From: Antedon mediterranea
Lineage: Eukaryota; Animalia; Echinodermata
Length of the DNA: 64,000 bases
Assembly (NCBI RefSeq): GCF_964355755.1
Contig: NC_092670.1
Coordinates: 29,562,388 to 29,626,387 of the forward strand
Direction of reading: 5' to 3'
Positions within the stretch are counted from its first letter, which is position 1; each line of letters opens with the position of its first letter. The notes under the pieces were generated by a model that ran no database searches, was not told the DNA's origin, and worked only from the letters and a program-made list of their open reading frames with translations. Position numbers and translations under genes: made by a program. Shown piece after piece: positions 38,949 through 52,178 of the stretch.

Positions 38949-41900
38949 ATTTGTTGGTACTGATTTTTTATCTCTATAGGCCTAGGCCTATATCAGTCTT
39001 CATGCTCTATTTAGCTAGTACTATACTGTAAGCTGGGTATTCCTGTAGACTAGGCCTCCTAGTAGTAGGCAGTGGCGTATCCAGGAATTTGAAGTTGGGG
39101 GGGGGGGGCGGCAATTGCCAATTTGCCGACAAAATTTGTGTCATTATCTGTACATACACGACGTCTCTGATCAATATATGTTCTAGGATTACATAGTCAT
39201 ATTGTCTTATATGGGATAACGATGCAAAATGAAAACCAAACCAACATTATATGCTCATACTCATGCACATGTAGAACAGTTTTGTTTGAGAATTATGAGG
39301 CCCTCTGAAGTTTCTAAAACATTCGAGGTCACACTTATTGGCCAGTCAATTTTCAATCAAAATTTTTTGGAATCTTAAATAAAAAAGAGAACATGATAAC
39401 AAAAACTTTATTCAAAAGCTCTCTGTTAACAACTGTCCTGATTGGTACACATGTTTAACATTGTAACAAATTAGTGGACACCTGGACTGTACCATTTTCA
39501 GAACGTTGTTTTTTTAAACACAAATGAGGAATATAATGTTAGAATGTAAACTATACTCTAATCGGTTTCAATATCTCCAGTTCAGTAGTCCAGACCTTTT
39601 GATTTCCAGGCTAAAGAATTTGATAGTTTAGGACAAAAACAATTGTTTTATTAAAATGGAGAGAAATTTGATGTGGGATGTTAAATTTGCTATTTGAAAT
39701 TGTTTTGTTGTTTTATCTGACAGTTTTGAAGAATCAAGCAGATGACATAGACCTGGTAAAACAGATTAAGTTTTACATATCTTAGACATTTTTCTATGGT
39801 TATGGTTACAAAATGCCAGCAATATGCTTTAAATGTGAGAGGCCATTTCCAACCACAAGGAAGTTAGCATTGCATCTTAGGTGTTTCCATTTATTAACAG
39901 GCATTGAAAATTTAATTTGCTATCAGGATGGGTGCCGTCAATCATTCACGTTAATGAATTAATTTTTTAAGCACATCAACCGTTGCCACAAACATGTTTT
40001 TGATGATGTATTACAACCACCTCTACTTGACAATATAGGTCCAGATAATAATGCCAATGATGATAATGTTGATAACGATGCAGAGTATGTTCAGAGAGAT
40101 GATATAGTCAACATACAGGAAGATCATGTAGAACTAAACCGAGAATATACCAAGAATGTTGCTGGATCTTTCATACTGCACATGAGGGGTACAGCGACCA
40201 CCACATTGACATCAGTTAATAATTACATAGGAGCTACAAATGGATTGTTTTCTGATAATGTAGGCACTCTGAAACTGCAAGTTATTGACTTGCTTCAAAG
40301 AAACAATGATGATGATGATGATGTTCAGAATGTCCTGTCAAACTTTGACATTACATCTAGTCCATTTCAAGGATTAGAAACAGTTGACCAGCAGAATAAG
40401 TACTTTCGTGAGCATTGTCAGTTAGTTGGTTCAGAAACAATGACACTACAAGGAAACAGATATGATCAATATCTAGACAAGAGTACTGGCACATTAAAGC
40501 AAATCCTTGTTACAGAAACGTATCAGTATGTGCCAATTACGAAAACTTTGCAAGCTATTTTGTCTTCACCAACACTTCGTACTACCATAAAAAGTGAACA
40601 AAGATCTGTAGGCCTAAATGGCTACTTGACTGGTTAAGGACGGCCAGCAATTTATAGAACATGGCATGTTCAATGGTCAACCAGATACCATAAGGATCAT
40701 ATTATATTATGATGATGTAGAAGTTGCCAACCCCATTGGTTCTAAGAGAGTCATCCATAAATTAGGAATATTTTATTTCAGCATTGATAACCTTCCGAAG
40801 GTGTATAATACGGATATGAAATCTATCCATTTGCTCGCTGTCTGTCACAGTCTGGATCTAGCCAAGCATGGGGTTGAGTCGGTACTAAGACCATTTAAAA
40901 AAGAAATGGAAAAATTGGAATCGGATGAAGGGGTTAGGCTTGACATTAAAGGTTATGGATTTATTTGTGTCCGTGCTGCACTCACATGTGTTGTTGGAGA
41001 TACCCTTGCTATGCACTGTATGTTCAACCTTTTAAGCCCATCTGCAAATCATTTCTGTAGACTATGTTTGTGTGATAGAGAAACTTTGCAAATGCACTTT
41101 TATGAGCATGATTTTGAGATGCGCAACATAGAAACACATGATGAACATTCAGAAAATACTGCCGGAATGCCCCATGGAAACTCAGAGACTGGTGTTAAAG
41201 GGCACTGTTGCTTAAATGAACTCCGTTACTTTCATAATGTGACAAATTATAACTTTGATGTGATGCATGATATTTTTGAAGGGGTTGGTGCGTTTGAGCT
41301 AAAGCTTGTATTGCGGCAGCTAATATTATTTGATCGATTTCTTACTGTTACTGAAGTAAATGAAAGAATAACAAGCTTTGCTTATCCATTTATTGAAAGG
41401 AAGAACAAGCCAACTGCTAATTTATCCAGAGCAAGGTTACAAAATGAAAGTGACCATAAACTTGGTCAAAAAGCAGTACAGATGGCATGTCTTCTTAGGA
41501 TGACACCATTTCTTATTGGTGACAAGGTACCGGTGGGAAATGTATATTGCGAACTTATACTACTACTATTGCTAAGATGTCTTGATATAATTTTAGCAGT
41601 ACCTGTTCATAAATCACGTGTTTTATCTAAAGCACTTAATCTATGAACACCATGCACACTTCAAAGAGATATTCCCAGATACCAACTTTATAAACAAACA
41701 CCATCACATGGTTCACTATACGACATGTTTCCTAAAGCAGGGCCATTGGCAAATGCATCTTGCTTTAAATTTTAAAGCAAAAATGGTTACATCAAAAAGA
41801 TTGGTCATGTTAATCAAAATTTTAAAAACATTGCCAAGTCAGTTGCATCAAAATTCCAAATACAACACTGTGCAACATGGCAAAGGGGAATGGAAACTAG

Positions 41901-42093
41901 ATTTGAATGTTCAAGTGGGGATATTATGGAAATAGAAAGGGTAGCAGACCTACCACCACCGCTTTTAAACAATTCAACATTTACTTTTAATTTGATTATT
42001 TATACATCCTCTATATATCTCTTTATTTACCCGTTGCGCCGACAATTACTAAAGTGGTGACCCTCGACTTCCTTATACCGAATTTAACTTAAA

Positions 42094-42996
42094 ATGGAAG
42101 AACAACAGCAACAACGACAGCTACCGCAACCTCCAGCACAACCCCATCACCAGGAACAACCTGTGGTGCCCGCTCCTGACGCAGCAACCGCCAACAGGCC
42201 AATTTCTTCTGTAGCGTTGAAACTGCCTCCATACTGGCCCAATGATCCGATATTGTGGTTCACCCAAGTGGAAGCACAGTTCACAACGAGTGGGATTACT
42301 GTAGATGCTACAAAATACGCTTACTTAGACGGATCATTGCAACCTGAAATTGCACAGGAAGTTCGGGATCTACTTCTCAACCCGCCTGCTGATAACAGGA
42401 ATGTGAACTTGAAAGATACCTTAATACGTCGGACAACTGACTCCGACCAACAGCGCCTCCGCCAACTCCTGACGGCCGAGGAGTTGGGGGATAGGAAACC
42501 GTCGCAATTATACCGACGGATGTTACAACTCTTAGGCGACAGGCCACTCGAATCTTCAATTATGAAACAACTATTCTTAAGTCGCCTCCCAACTAATGTA
42601 CAGCTTATCCTAGCTTCAACCAAGGATGAGTTGGACCTGGGAAGCTTGACATCATTGGCTGACAACATTATTGAAGTCTCTGAAAATGCAACTGCGCCAA
42701 CAAGTGTATCGTCAGTACACACGGACAATACACCCTCCTTGTCTGCGACCCTTGGAACCCTGCTAAAACAGATTCAACAACTGTCAACACAAGTTAATTC
42801 CTTGCAATCTGACCGACGGCACAACAGATATCAAAGTCGCAGCACAAGTCGACATCGAAATCGATCGAGTGGTAGGCATTCATCTCCTGCTCAACCTAAC
42901 AGTACCAATCGCTCAGCTCAACATTTAAACAACACTCCTCAACTTGTAAATGCATGCAAACCGCCGTGTTTGGAAAACTCCAACGCCGACAACTAA
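42094..42996 (+). CDS. gag: Gypsy Gag
   Basis: [49 protein letters not shown]; the terminal Cys/His motif is reduced to CKPPC. Confidence 0.9.
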   Translation: MEEQQQQRQLPQPPAQPHHQEQPVVPAPDAATANRPISSVALKLPPYWPNDPILWFTQVEAQFTTSGITVDATKYAYLDGSLQPEIAQEVRDLLLNPPADNRNVNLKDTLIRRTTDSDQQRLRQLLTAEELGDRKPSQLYRRMLQLLGDRPLESSIMKQLFLSRLPTNVQLILASTKDELDLGSLTSLADNIIEVSENATAPTSVSSVHTDNTPSLSATLGTLLKQIQQLSTQVNSLQSDRRHNRYQSRSTSRHRNRSSGRHSSPAQPNSTNRSAQHLNNTPQLVNACKPPCLENSNADN

Positions 42997-45900
42997 ATGC
43001 GACGAATGTTGCTGGCCGTCAAATCATAAGTCGCCTTTTCTTTATTGTAAATAAATTATCAAAACAACGTTTCCTCATAAACACTGGGGCAGAAGTTAGC
43101 GTTGTTCCACCTACTCGCCATGAGCGTCTACATAGGCGACAAGAGTCTACTTTGACTGCCGCAAATAATACATCTATCAACACTTATGGACATTGCTCTG
43201 TAACCTTAGACTTAGGTTTGAGACGAACATCTCAATGGTTATTTGTTGTCGCAGACGTCACACACCCCATCATAGGGGCTGATTTTTTAAGACATTTTGG
43301 ACTGTTAGTCGATATGAATAATCGACGACTCATTGACACTACCACCAACCTGAGTATTCAAGGTGTCGCCTCCAAAACTTCGCCTCTCGGTCTTATATTT
43401 ACCACCCCTGAGGCTAAGTCCAATTGGGACTACATTCTTACAAAATTTCCAAACATTACACGCCCTTGTTATCAGGAAGCGTCGCTAAAACACGATGTGA
43501 CACATCATATTCAGACCCATGGTCCACCAATTTCGTCACATCCTCGACGGCTCGCACATGACCGCTGCAAAACAGCCAGACATGAATTTGAACACATGAT
43601 GCAGCTTGGAATTATACGCCCCTCTAAAAGTAACTGGGCATCACCTTTACATAGGGTGCCTAAGAAAACTCCTGGGGATTGGCGTCCCTGTGGGGATTAT
43701 CGCGCATTGAACAATGCTACTGTTGCAGATCGGTATCCTATCCCGTACATGCACAATTTTACAGCATCTCTGCACGGATCTACTATATTTTCTAAGATTG
43801 ATCTCGTCCGAGCTTACCATCAGATACCAGTTGAACCTGCTGATGTTCATAAAACAGCAATTACTACACCATTTGGAATTTTTGAATTTGTTAGAATGCC
43901 ATTTGGCCTCCGCAATGCCGCTCAAACTTTTCAACGTTTTATTGATCAGGTAACTCGTGGATTGGATTTTTGCTACGCTTATATCGACGACCTGCTTGTT
44001 GCAAGTTCCAACGCCGAGGAACACGAAACTTATCTTCATCAACTATTCACACGTCTTAATGAGTATGGCGTTGTTCTCAACCCAGCGAAATGCCAATTTG
44101 GAGTTTCGTCACTCGAGTTTCTTGGACATCATGTTGATTCGCAAGGTGTCCGACCACTTCAAGCAAAGGTCGGAGCGATACAAAACTTTCCACAACCAAC
44201 TTCTTTACGCAAACTACGTGAATTCCTTGGACTTATTAACTTTTATAGGCGATTTATACCGCAGTCTGCCCAGATTTTACAACCTGTCACAGCTTTACTT
44301 GTTGGGGCAGGTAAGAAACAGGATCTGGTATGGACCGACGCAGCTTTATTGGGATTTAATAATATTAAAGTCGCCCTCGCAAGTGCTACACTTCACCCAT
44401 CCGCAGCCAGATGCACCTTTAAGTATCATGGTTGACGCTTCGGATGTGGCCATAGGGGGTATACTACAACAACGCATCTGACAACTATTGGCAACCTATT
44501 TCATTTTTTTCACAGAAGTTGAAACCAGCGCAGACGCGATACAGCACATTTGGTCGTGAACTTTTGGCGGCATACCTTTCAGTTAAACATTTTCGTCATT
44601 CACTTGAAGGACGCTCATTTCATATTTGTACTGACCATAAGCCGCTTGTGTATGCTTTACTCGCCAAACCAAATCGTCACTCGCCACGCGAAATCCGTCA
44701 TCTCGATTTCATATCTCAATTCACAACGGACATACGCCATGTGAGTGGAAAAGCTAATGCAGCAGCTGATGCATTGTCGCGAATCGAACTTAATACTTTC
44801 AGTCACAACACAACTAACATTGTTGATTTTAGTCTTACTGCTGCTGCACAAAAGAATGACGATGAATTGCACAAGCTACCTGAATCACCGTCTTCACTAC
44901 AATTTCAAAACTTTCCAATTCCAACTTCTGACTCTACAATTCTTTGTGATATTTCCAAAGGCAATCCACGTCCATATATCCCACAAGAATTCAGACGCAT
45001 AATATTTGACACTCTACATTCGCTATCACATCCTGGTATACGAGCAACACAACGTTTAATTACTGACCGTTTCGTATGGCCAGCAACCAATCGTGATGTA
45101 CGATGATGGTCTCAAACATGCATTCAATGTCAACGTTCCAAAGTACACCGTCACACCGTTTCGCCACTCTCTACTTTTTCTACACCTGACGCCCGTTTTG
45201 ACCATGTACATATAGATATTGTTGGACCTCTCCCTCCGTCAAATGGTTTTTCTTATTTACTCACTTTTATCGATCGTTTTACTCGATGGCCCGAAGCCGT
45301 ACCTATTCCGGATATCACAGCCGATACTGTCGCACACGCATTTGTCAATCGATGGATCGCTTCATTCGGAATACCTTCAACCATTACAACAGATCGAGGA
45401 AGACAATTTGAATCTGCATTATTTCATTCGCTCGCCAACTTACTAGGAACTATAGCACATTCATACAACTGCATACCATCCTATTGCGAACGGACTTGTA
45501 GAACGTTTTCATCGACATTTAAAGGGTTCTCTCAAAGCACATAATGATCACACTAAATGGACAGAACATTTACCTATAGTACTTTTAGGCATTCGTACAG
45601 CCCTTAAGGCTGATCTAGGTCATAGTGCAGCTGAACTTGTTTATGGCACTACTTTAATATTACCTGGAAAATTCTTTAATTCAAACTCCGAACATTGTGA
45701 TTATTCTAATTATATTGATAGATTGCGTGATAATATGAGTAAACTACGTCCCCCACCTACCCGCACCAACTCTAACCGTAAATCCTATATTAATCAAGAA
45801 ATATTCAATTGTACCCATGTTTTTGTTCGAAGGGACAAACACTTTGTTCTCGATCTAAGTGGTCGACGGGACACAGTCAGTATTGATCGCTTAAAGGTAG

Positions 45901-46068
45901 CTCATTTGGATACTGATGATATATTTAAAAGCCAAGAGCAAACCCTCACTCCCAAGCTACAAGCATCACCCCTAGTCAAACCAACCACCCATTTTGGCAA
46001 CCCCTCCCCGTACTACTCGTTATGGTAGACATGTTCATTTCCCTCAACGTTTTGTCTCGTTCTATCAT
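42954..46068 (+). pseudogene. pol: Gypsy Pol (protease, RT, RNase H, integrase), disrupted
   Basis: [10 protein letters not shown] (catalytic D to N), [32 protein letters not shown] zinc finger, [23 protein letters not shown]; frameshift ~44395, stops at 44479 and 45104. Overlaps gag in the -1 frame. Confidence 0.95.
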
Positions 46069-46577
46069 TAATTCTTTCACTGGAAGAGGGCTCCTGTAGC
46101 AGACCTACCACATAGCTTTTAAACAATTCAACATTTACTTTTAATTTGATTATTTATATATCCTCTATATTTATATCTCTTTATTTAACCGTTGCGCCGA
46201 CAATTACTAAAACAGCATAGAAGGTGGCCATGTAATACAGGAACTACAACCAAATACAGCAGAAGTATTTGTGGCTCATAAAATTGTTAGATTTGGAACA
46301 GTTTATCGTCCTAACTTGTTTGTTATAGTTGGTGTATCAGACAATTATGAACATATACCTATCTTTGGATATATTATGTACATTTTAGTTGGACTTCATG
46401 GCGAACAAGAAGCTCACTTTTTGACAAAAACATGTACTACTGGAGACTTCGTTCCACACTATCATGCGTACACATTACTATTGACGATCCTCCTGAGTAC
46501 ACCATAGTAACAGCCAGGGAACTTCGTGATCATCTCCCATACTCTTCTTTACAAACTCCAATTGCTGATATTTTAAG

Positions 46578-49500
46578 GTGAAACAATTAGAAAAGGGAGA
46601 ACTTGACATATCTGCAAGAAGGATACTAGTTCAATTAGTAACAAGCCATATGACAGACAAGGTTGGACACCTGTAAGTATGCCACATCTAATGTATTTTT
46701 TGTTTTATTATAGAGAGACCCCATAAAAACAGCCAATGATGCAAAACAATTTATAATTAATAACGGGAGTAGAAAAAATCTGAACAGAATGAAAAAACTT
46801 GATACGTATCCACTTGGAAAAGTTCCAGTATCTGCATATGGATCTGTTAAAAATTATCAAACCACTAATTAACATGGGCTAAGTTAAAAATAAAACCTGC
46901 AGGACAGTAATTTACTCCCATTGTTATAGGCGTCAACATACTGATATTTTACTACTTTTTAGACCACTCAGCAAAAAAGATTGAAACTTAAATTTTTGGC
47001 AAGGTCTTTGTTAAGCTTGAATAAATTATTCCCCGGTTTTTTATATAGGTATCCTCGAAGTAAAGAGAAGGAAAGCCTGGCAAAAGCACTTGTGGCAGAG
47101 TTTCCACATCTAAAGGACCGAACGCCTGGATGCCAAGGCCATGTAAGTATCATGGAAATACTAATGTATTCTTATAAAAATCTCGAGAATGAAATCGAAT
47201 TTGGCCTTATCAATTTCATGGTTCTATTGATGATGTTGTATGTCTGGACATATTATTAAATTATTAATGTAATTTTACCGTAATGTGTTATGTCTTCTTG
47301 GCATCATTTCAGAACACTTACAGTATGTGTTGTTATAGTTTGTAAACCAGTGCGCATCACAATTATATTTAAATTGACTTCTTTTTTTAATTTAATTATA
47401 TTACAGTAACGGCAATGGATTTATTGAATATAGGCTCAAAACTGTACGTGCTACTGCTAAGCGAATGGGTCCAACTTCTCCTTTGAACACAGCTAAAAAT
47501 CCTGTTGCAAAAAAAGCAAAAATAAATAAAGTAGAGTACTAGAACAGGTAAGTCGTCAGTAAAATCAAGGCTGCTGGAATTGACGATATTATATGTGGCA
47601 ATGTTGTTAAAAAATCAATAGACCTTATTCTTTCTCCACTTACTCATATTTGCAACTTATCTTTATCCACAGGATCCTTCCCTAAAAGCATGAAAACAGC
47701 AAAGGTCACTCCTATATACAAAAAAGGTAACAAATCTGATCCCAACAATTATCGACCAATTTCTGTTCTTACTTTCTTTTCAAAAATTCTTGAAAAACTT
47801 ATCTATGACCGTACGTATGATTTCATTAACCGACACAACATTCTCTACAATAAACAATACGGTTTCAGACAAACTATTCCACTTCTTTTGCTATAATTGA
47901 TCTTACCAACAACATTGTGGATGTTATTCATAATAAGTTGTTTTCGTCTGGCTTATTCATAGATCTGTCTAAGGCATTCGATACCATTGATCACACTATT
48001 TTACTTTCAAAACTCTTTAACTATGGTATCCGTGGCATTATTCTTGACCTTTTTAAAGATTATCTGTCCAATCAACTTCAATGCACCTATATCAACAATG
48101 TTTCTTCCTATTTTAAACCTATTGTTTGTGGTGTTCCTCAAGGGTCTCTATTAGGCCCTCTTTTTTTATTGTATATCAATGATTTACCAAATGCATCTGA
48201 CATCCTTTCTTTTTATCTTTATGCTGATGACACAACCATTTTTTATTCACACACTAATTTTGATTTCATTTTCAATACTTTTAATAGGGAATTGAAGAAC
48301 GTGAACAATTATTTCAATGCAAACAAACTTTCAATAAATATTAACAAATGCCATTTTATGCTTTTTGGTTTTCGACACCAAGATTTGATTAACGACACTC
48401 ATAATGTTTACCGTGCTGCCCACAAAATTCCTCTTGTTAAGCATACTAAATTTCTTGGAGTAGTAGTAGTGAAGTAGGCCTAGTACTTGCCCAAAGAAGT
48501 CCTTCGCATGATTTATTGTTCACTTGTTTTACCTTTTATTTCTTACTGTAATATTGTCTGGGCAAACAACTATGTTTCAAACCTCAACAACATTTTTATT
48601 CTCCAAAAAAAGCTATTCGCCTCATCTCTGGTGCGTCACGCCTAGATTAAACTAGTGAGCTTTTCTCTGACCTTAAATTATTAACTGTCCAAAACATCAA
48701 TATCCTCCAACAATGCACCTTCATCTATGAACATGTCAACTGTCTACTTCCAACCAAACTTTCTTGCAGCTTTATAAAAAATAATAGTATTCATACCCAT
48801 AAAACTAGATCCTCCTGTAATCTCCACCCTCCCCTTACCAAATTAACATTAATGCAACATCCGTTATAGTGGCACCAAATTATTTAATGATCTCCCCGAC
48901 GAAATTAAATTGGCACCTTCAAAAAATACATTTTCTTTTAAACTTAAACAAATTCTACTCCATAAATAACTAATAATAATAAAACAACATGTTTATTCTG
49001 GGTTTTCTGTGCTTCCATAGTATTTTATTATTATTAATTTGTCGTTGTCTTGCTTTACATGTTTGTTTGTCTTATTTTGTTTCTGTTTGTAATCAACCTA
49101 ACATTTTCTGAAACATTGAAATTATTACTAATCAACCTAAAATTTTCTGAAATTTATTTTGTTAAATATTTATTTTATAATTTATATCCTATAAGTTTTT
49201 TTGGAGGGAAACCTCCAAATGTTATTACTTTCTGGGTGTTGCCTCTTAATTATTTATATTTAAATTGTTATTTTGTTTACTTTGAAATGATAAGAAATAA
49301 ATGTTATTATGAATGAAAAAGGAGAATCCATTCTAATGTTTGTACAAATCTACCAAATTATGTTCTGAGAAAATTTATGTCATGTTTCTGAATGTTTATT
49401 TTAAGAGTAAAATGGTACTAATTTACACATTCAAGTTTACTTTGAGAATCATTTCTCATAGGATATAAATTATAAATAAATATTTAACAAAATAAATTTC

Positions 49501-51123
49501 AGAAAATTTTAGGTTGATTAGTAATAATTTCAATGTTTCAGATTAACTTGGAATTTGAACTGATGTATCCAGGATGCGGATCCAAAATGTTAATCAAATG
49601 GAAGCCATATTACCATCCCAAGTTTGTGCAGATGCATAAATCAAAACTCAGTAAGTTTATAAAGAGTGTTAATTCTTACCTGTTTTATTTAATAACTTAT
49701 TTACACTAATAGGAAGATGTTTTGCCCAACTCTGACTTAATATGTACCGAATACTCAATACATTTTAAAACAATTGCGAAAAAATATGCAAGTTCTTGGG
49801 TGGAAACCCACGGCCTCCAGATCATCAGGCCTCTAGACCACCGAGCTTGCGCTGATGTCTAGGGTTGAATTCGAGCCCAAGTAAGCAGCAGGAACTGCAC
49901 CAACGATGACAATTGTTGTTAATTATGTAAGTTTTTACATCAGGGAATATACTCTTCCCTGTTTATACATGGATATGAAACATTACATTGTAAAGTATAT
50001 TCATTGATTAAAAAAATATACAATAATCTTAGTACATTTTATGTACAAAAGATGGTTTACAAAATGCTAAAAACAGAAATAAGCAACTACTGTAACTTTA
50101 AGTGCATTTACTGTTTTTTGCAGATGATCTGTATGTGTTCAGATATCTGTTAGAAAAATTACCATCAATATCAAGAGGTGGGAAAAGCAAAGTCTACGAT
50201 GCTTTTCATTACATTGTACAACACAAGCCAGTGAGTACTTGTTAAACGTTTTTATAATTTGATCATTAAATTGCAATAGATCTATACAAAATGTGTATTT
50301 CATTCTTTGTAAAATACTCTTAGCATATGAAAATATTATATCTCAAAACTGAAACACAGTATGTGATTATACATTAAATGAGCCCGCAATAAAATGCAAT
50401 GTCATCTTCCTTGCTTCTCACAATATCACTGTTGTATAAAATACCCTTTTCACAGCAGCATAATTTTGTATCTGGAGATCAAACCTGGTTTTACTGCATA
50501 TGTGGAAATGGGTATAATTAGAAGTTAAACAAGAAAAGAAGGAAGGCAACTGGAAAATGCCTATAGCTCACACATTTTGTAAACTTGTAGGCCTAATGTG
50601 CAGTATACCAAATTGAAATTTAAACCACCTGATCAAAAACAAGCATGCATTGTTGATCAGTATATTAACAAGGTGATTAAAGATACAAAATGGTGGTGTT
50701 TATTATGTGATAAATAATAGACTAAAGTACCTTTTGAGTATCGGAGGATTTGTGATAAATTCATATTTTTCAGCTTTTTATACTGTATTTTTATATTTTT
50801 CAGGCTGGGTGGGACAGATGTTGACAACTTTGCATCAGGAAAAGACCAGACATATGCACAGCCATTTATCCTTGCATTGGGTGATGTTAAAGAACCTACA
50901 GAGTTTTTTTATTATTGTTGATGCAACATCTATTCCTGGTGGTAACACAATTGTTCAGGCAATTGATCGACTTTTTAAAATTCACTATATATATAATGTC
51001 CAATTTGCCAGTCCGCTTGTGACCTTTTTCAATTTCTTTGAAGGTCTCTTGTACGAAATTACAACAAACATCAAACCAACTGGTAGGGAGTTATATTCCC
51101 ATCTTATTCGCGATGAGGAGTAA
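46578..51123 (+). pseudogene. SAMD3-like accessory gene of the EnSpm-like element; exons ~46578-46672, 47049-47142, 47407-47547, 49542-49651, 50124-50230, 50804-51123
   Basis: GT/AG-bounded blocks: ARRILVQLVTSHM, YPRSKEKESLAKALVAEFPHLKD, GFIEYRLKTVR, INLEFELMYP, QPFILALG..FIIVD..AIDRLFKIHYIYNVQF..FFNFFEGLLYEI. Confidence 0.72.
47560..49318 (+). mobile_element. 5'-truncated CR1/L2-clade LINE inside an intron
   Basis: MKTAKVTPIYKKG..NYRPISVL, KQYGFR, FIDLSKAFDTIDH, GVPQGSLLGPL, LYADDTT, KFLGV; 3' UTR ends AATAAATG..GAATGAA. Confidence 0.92.
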
Positions 51124-51362
51124 CTAAAATGAAATGTTTTTGATGAATTTAAATTACCTCTTAATTATGCAGTATGTAGAGAAGAGATTTGCTTTTCAAA
51201 ATAAACCAATTAATATAGCTCAATGTCGTTTTAATTTATTTGGTTGTGCACAATTGTGTTTTAAATGCATGTTTTTTAAGGCTATAAACTACCAAGTTTT
51301 GGATCACAGGAGCAGCCTTTTGCAGACAGAAGATACAAGTAGAAAAAGAATAAGCTAAAAAT

Positions 51363-51649
51363 ACCACTCTTAAGAGTGGTTTCCTTTCACTCTTTTATGA
51401 GTTGATTATTTTCACTCTTTTTGAAAGAGTTGGTCACTTTCACTCTTTTATGAGTGGATTATTTCCACTCTTGTTAAAAGAGTGATAAAAATGTTCACTC
51501 TTTTTAGAGTTGGTTTCACTCATTTTAGAGTGATTTGGTGACCACTCTTTTTTTCACTCCAAAACGAGTTGTCCCTCAGTTAACTCTTTGAAAGAGTGGA
51601 AGTTCACTCTAGTTTGAGTGGTTTCTCACTCTTTTACATTAAGAGAGTA
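51363..51649. repeat. Right subterminal CACTCT...GAGT palindromic array
   Basis: More than 10 TTCACTCT(T)n...GAGT(G/T) units ending at ATTAAGAGAGTA. Confidence 0.88.
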
Positions 51650-52009
51650 CTTGGTTAGAGGAAAATTAATGTAATGCCATTATGTACAGTGACGCGCATT
51701 GACAAGTAAAACATAGTTGACGACGGCGAATAATAATATAGGCCTCAAGCCTATTCTATGTATTACAAACTCATGCATATTCAGAATTTAATTCCGAACT
51801 TGTAATTAAATTTTGACCATATCGCAGAAATCAGACTAATCGAATATAATTAATAATACATTGACAATAAAACGATGATTCATATTCTTCAATAATATAT
51901 GTGATGATAATTGATTTTGTCATAAAGTTGACACCAAATGACATCATAATTAATGCATTGGATATATAATAAAATTATGTTAACACACATTTTAAATACG
52001 TATTGTGTT

Positions 52010-52165
52010 GCACGAGATTTACTAATGTTGGGTGACTTAAATATAGATTTTTTTAAATCTCACTCAAATCGCAACAATCTGCAGGAGAAAATGGATCTCT
52101 TTCGTCTTTCGTCAAATGGTGCCATCTCTGGACCAACTCGTATCACTGACGACGGTCATCCTGAC
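52010..52165 (+). pseudogene. APE endonuclease fragment of a LINE
   Basis: LLMLGDLNIDF ... ISGPTRIT. Confidence 0.65.
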
Positions 52166-52178
52166 AACAAATACATAA

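Larger units (their letters stand above)
41940..46211 (+). mobile_element. Full-length decayed Ty3/Gypsy LTR retrotransposon
   Basis: LTRs 41940-42053 and 46095-46211; PBS TGGTGACCCTCGAC (tRNA-Trp-like) at 42055; PPT TGGAAGAGGG at 46081; flanks AAAG/ACAG (4-bp TSD, one mismatch); order gag-PR-RT-RH-IN. Confidence 0.96.
39813..46560 (+). pseudogene. EnSpm/CACTA-type transposase with two N-terminal C2H2 fingers, split by the Gypsy insertion (39813-41939 + 46216-~46560)
   Basis: CFKC..LALHLRCFH, CYQDGC..*FFKHINRCH, YQYVPITKTL, LYYDDVEVANPIGSK..HKLG, GDTLAMH, HFCRLC, DVMHDIFEG, KHHHMVHY, NFKNIAKSVA; C-terminal FGTVYRPNLFV..PIFGYI. Several stops and frameshifts. Confidence 0.88.
33183..51649 (+). 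mobile_element. Large CACTA/EnSpm-like DNA transposon (~18.5 kb including nested insertions)
   Basis: Terminal inverted TACTCTCTTAAT (33183) / ATTAAGAGAGTA (51649); CACTC/GAGTG subterminal arrays at both ends; encloses an EnSpm-type transposase and a SAMD3-like gene. TSD ambiguous (TA if the termini are CTCTC). Confidence 0.82.

Noticed and set aside
39070-39112. CAGTGGCGTA...poly-G MITE start
   Set aside because: No matching right terminus or TSD found, so boundaries cannot be supported.
42321-45446. Several 60-175 aa antisense or alternative-frame ORFs over the Gypsy element
   Set aside because: Shadow ORFs of gag/pol; only the ends of some carry frameshifted Pol sequence.
51363-51649. 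CRISPR-like appearance of palindromic CACTCT/GAGT repeats (also 33505-33673 and 60050-60110)
   Set aside because: Units are degenerate with no unique constant-length spacers, there are no cas genes and the context is eukaryotic; explained as transposon subterminal repeats.
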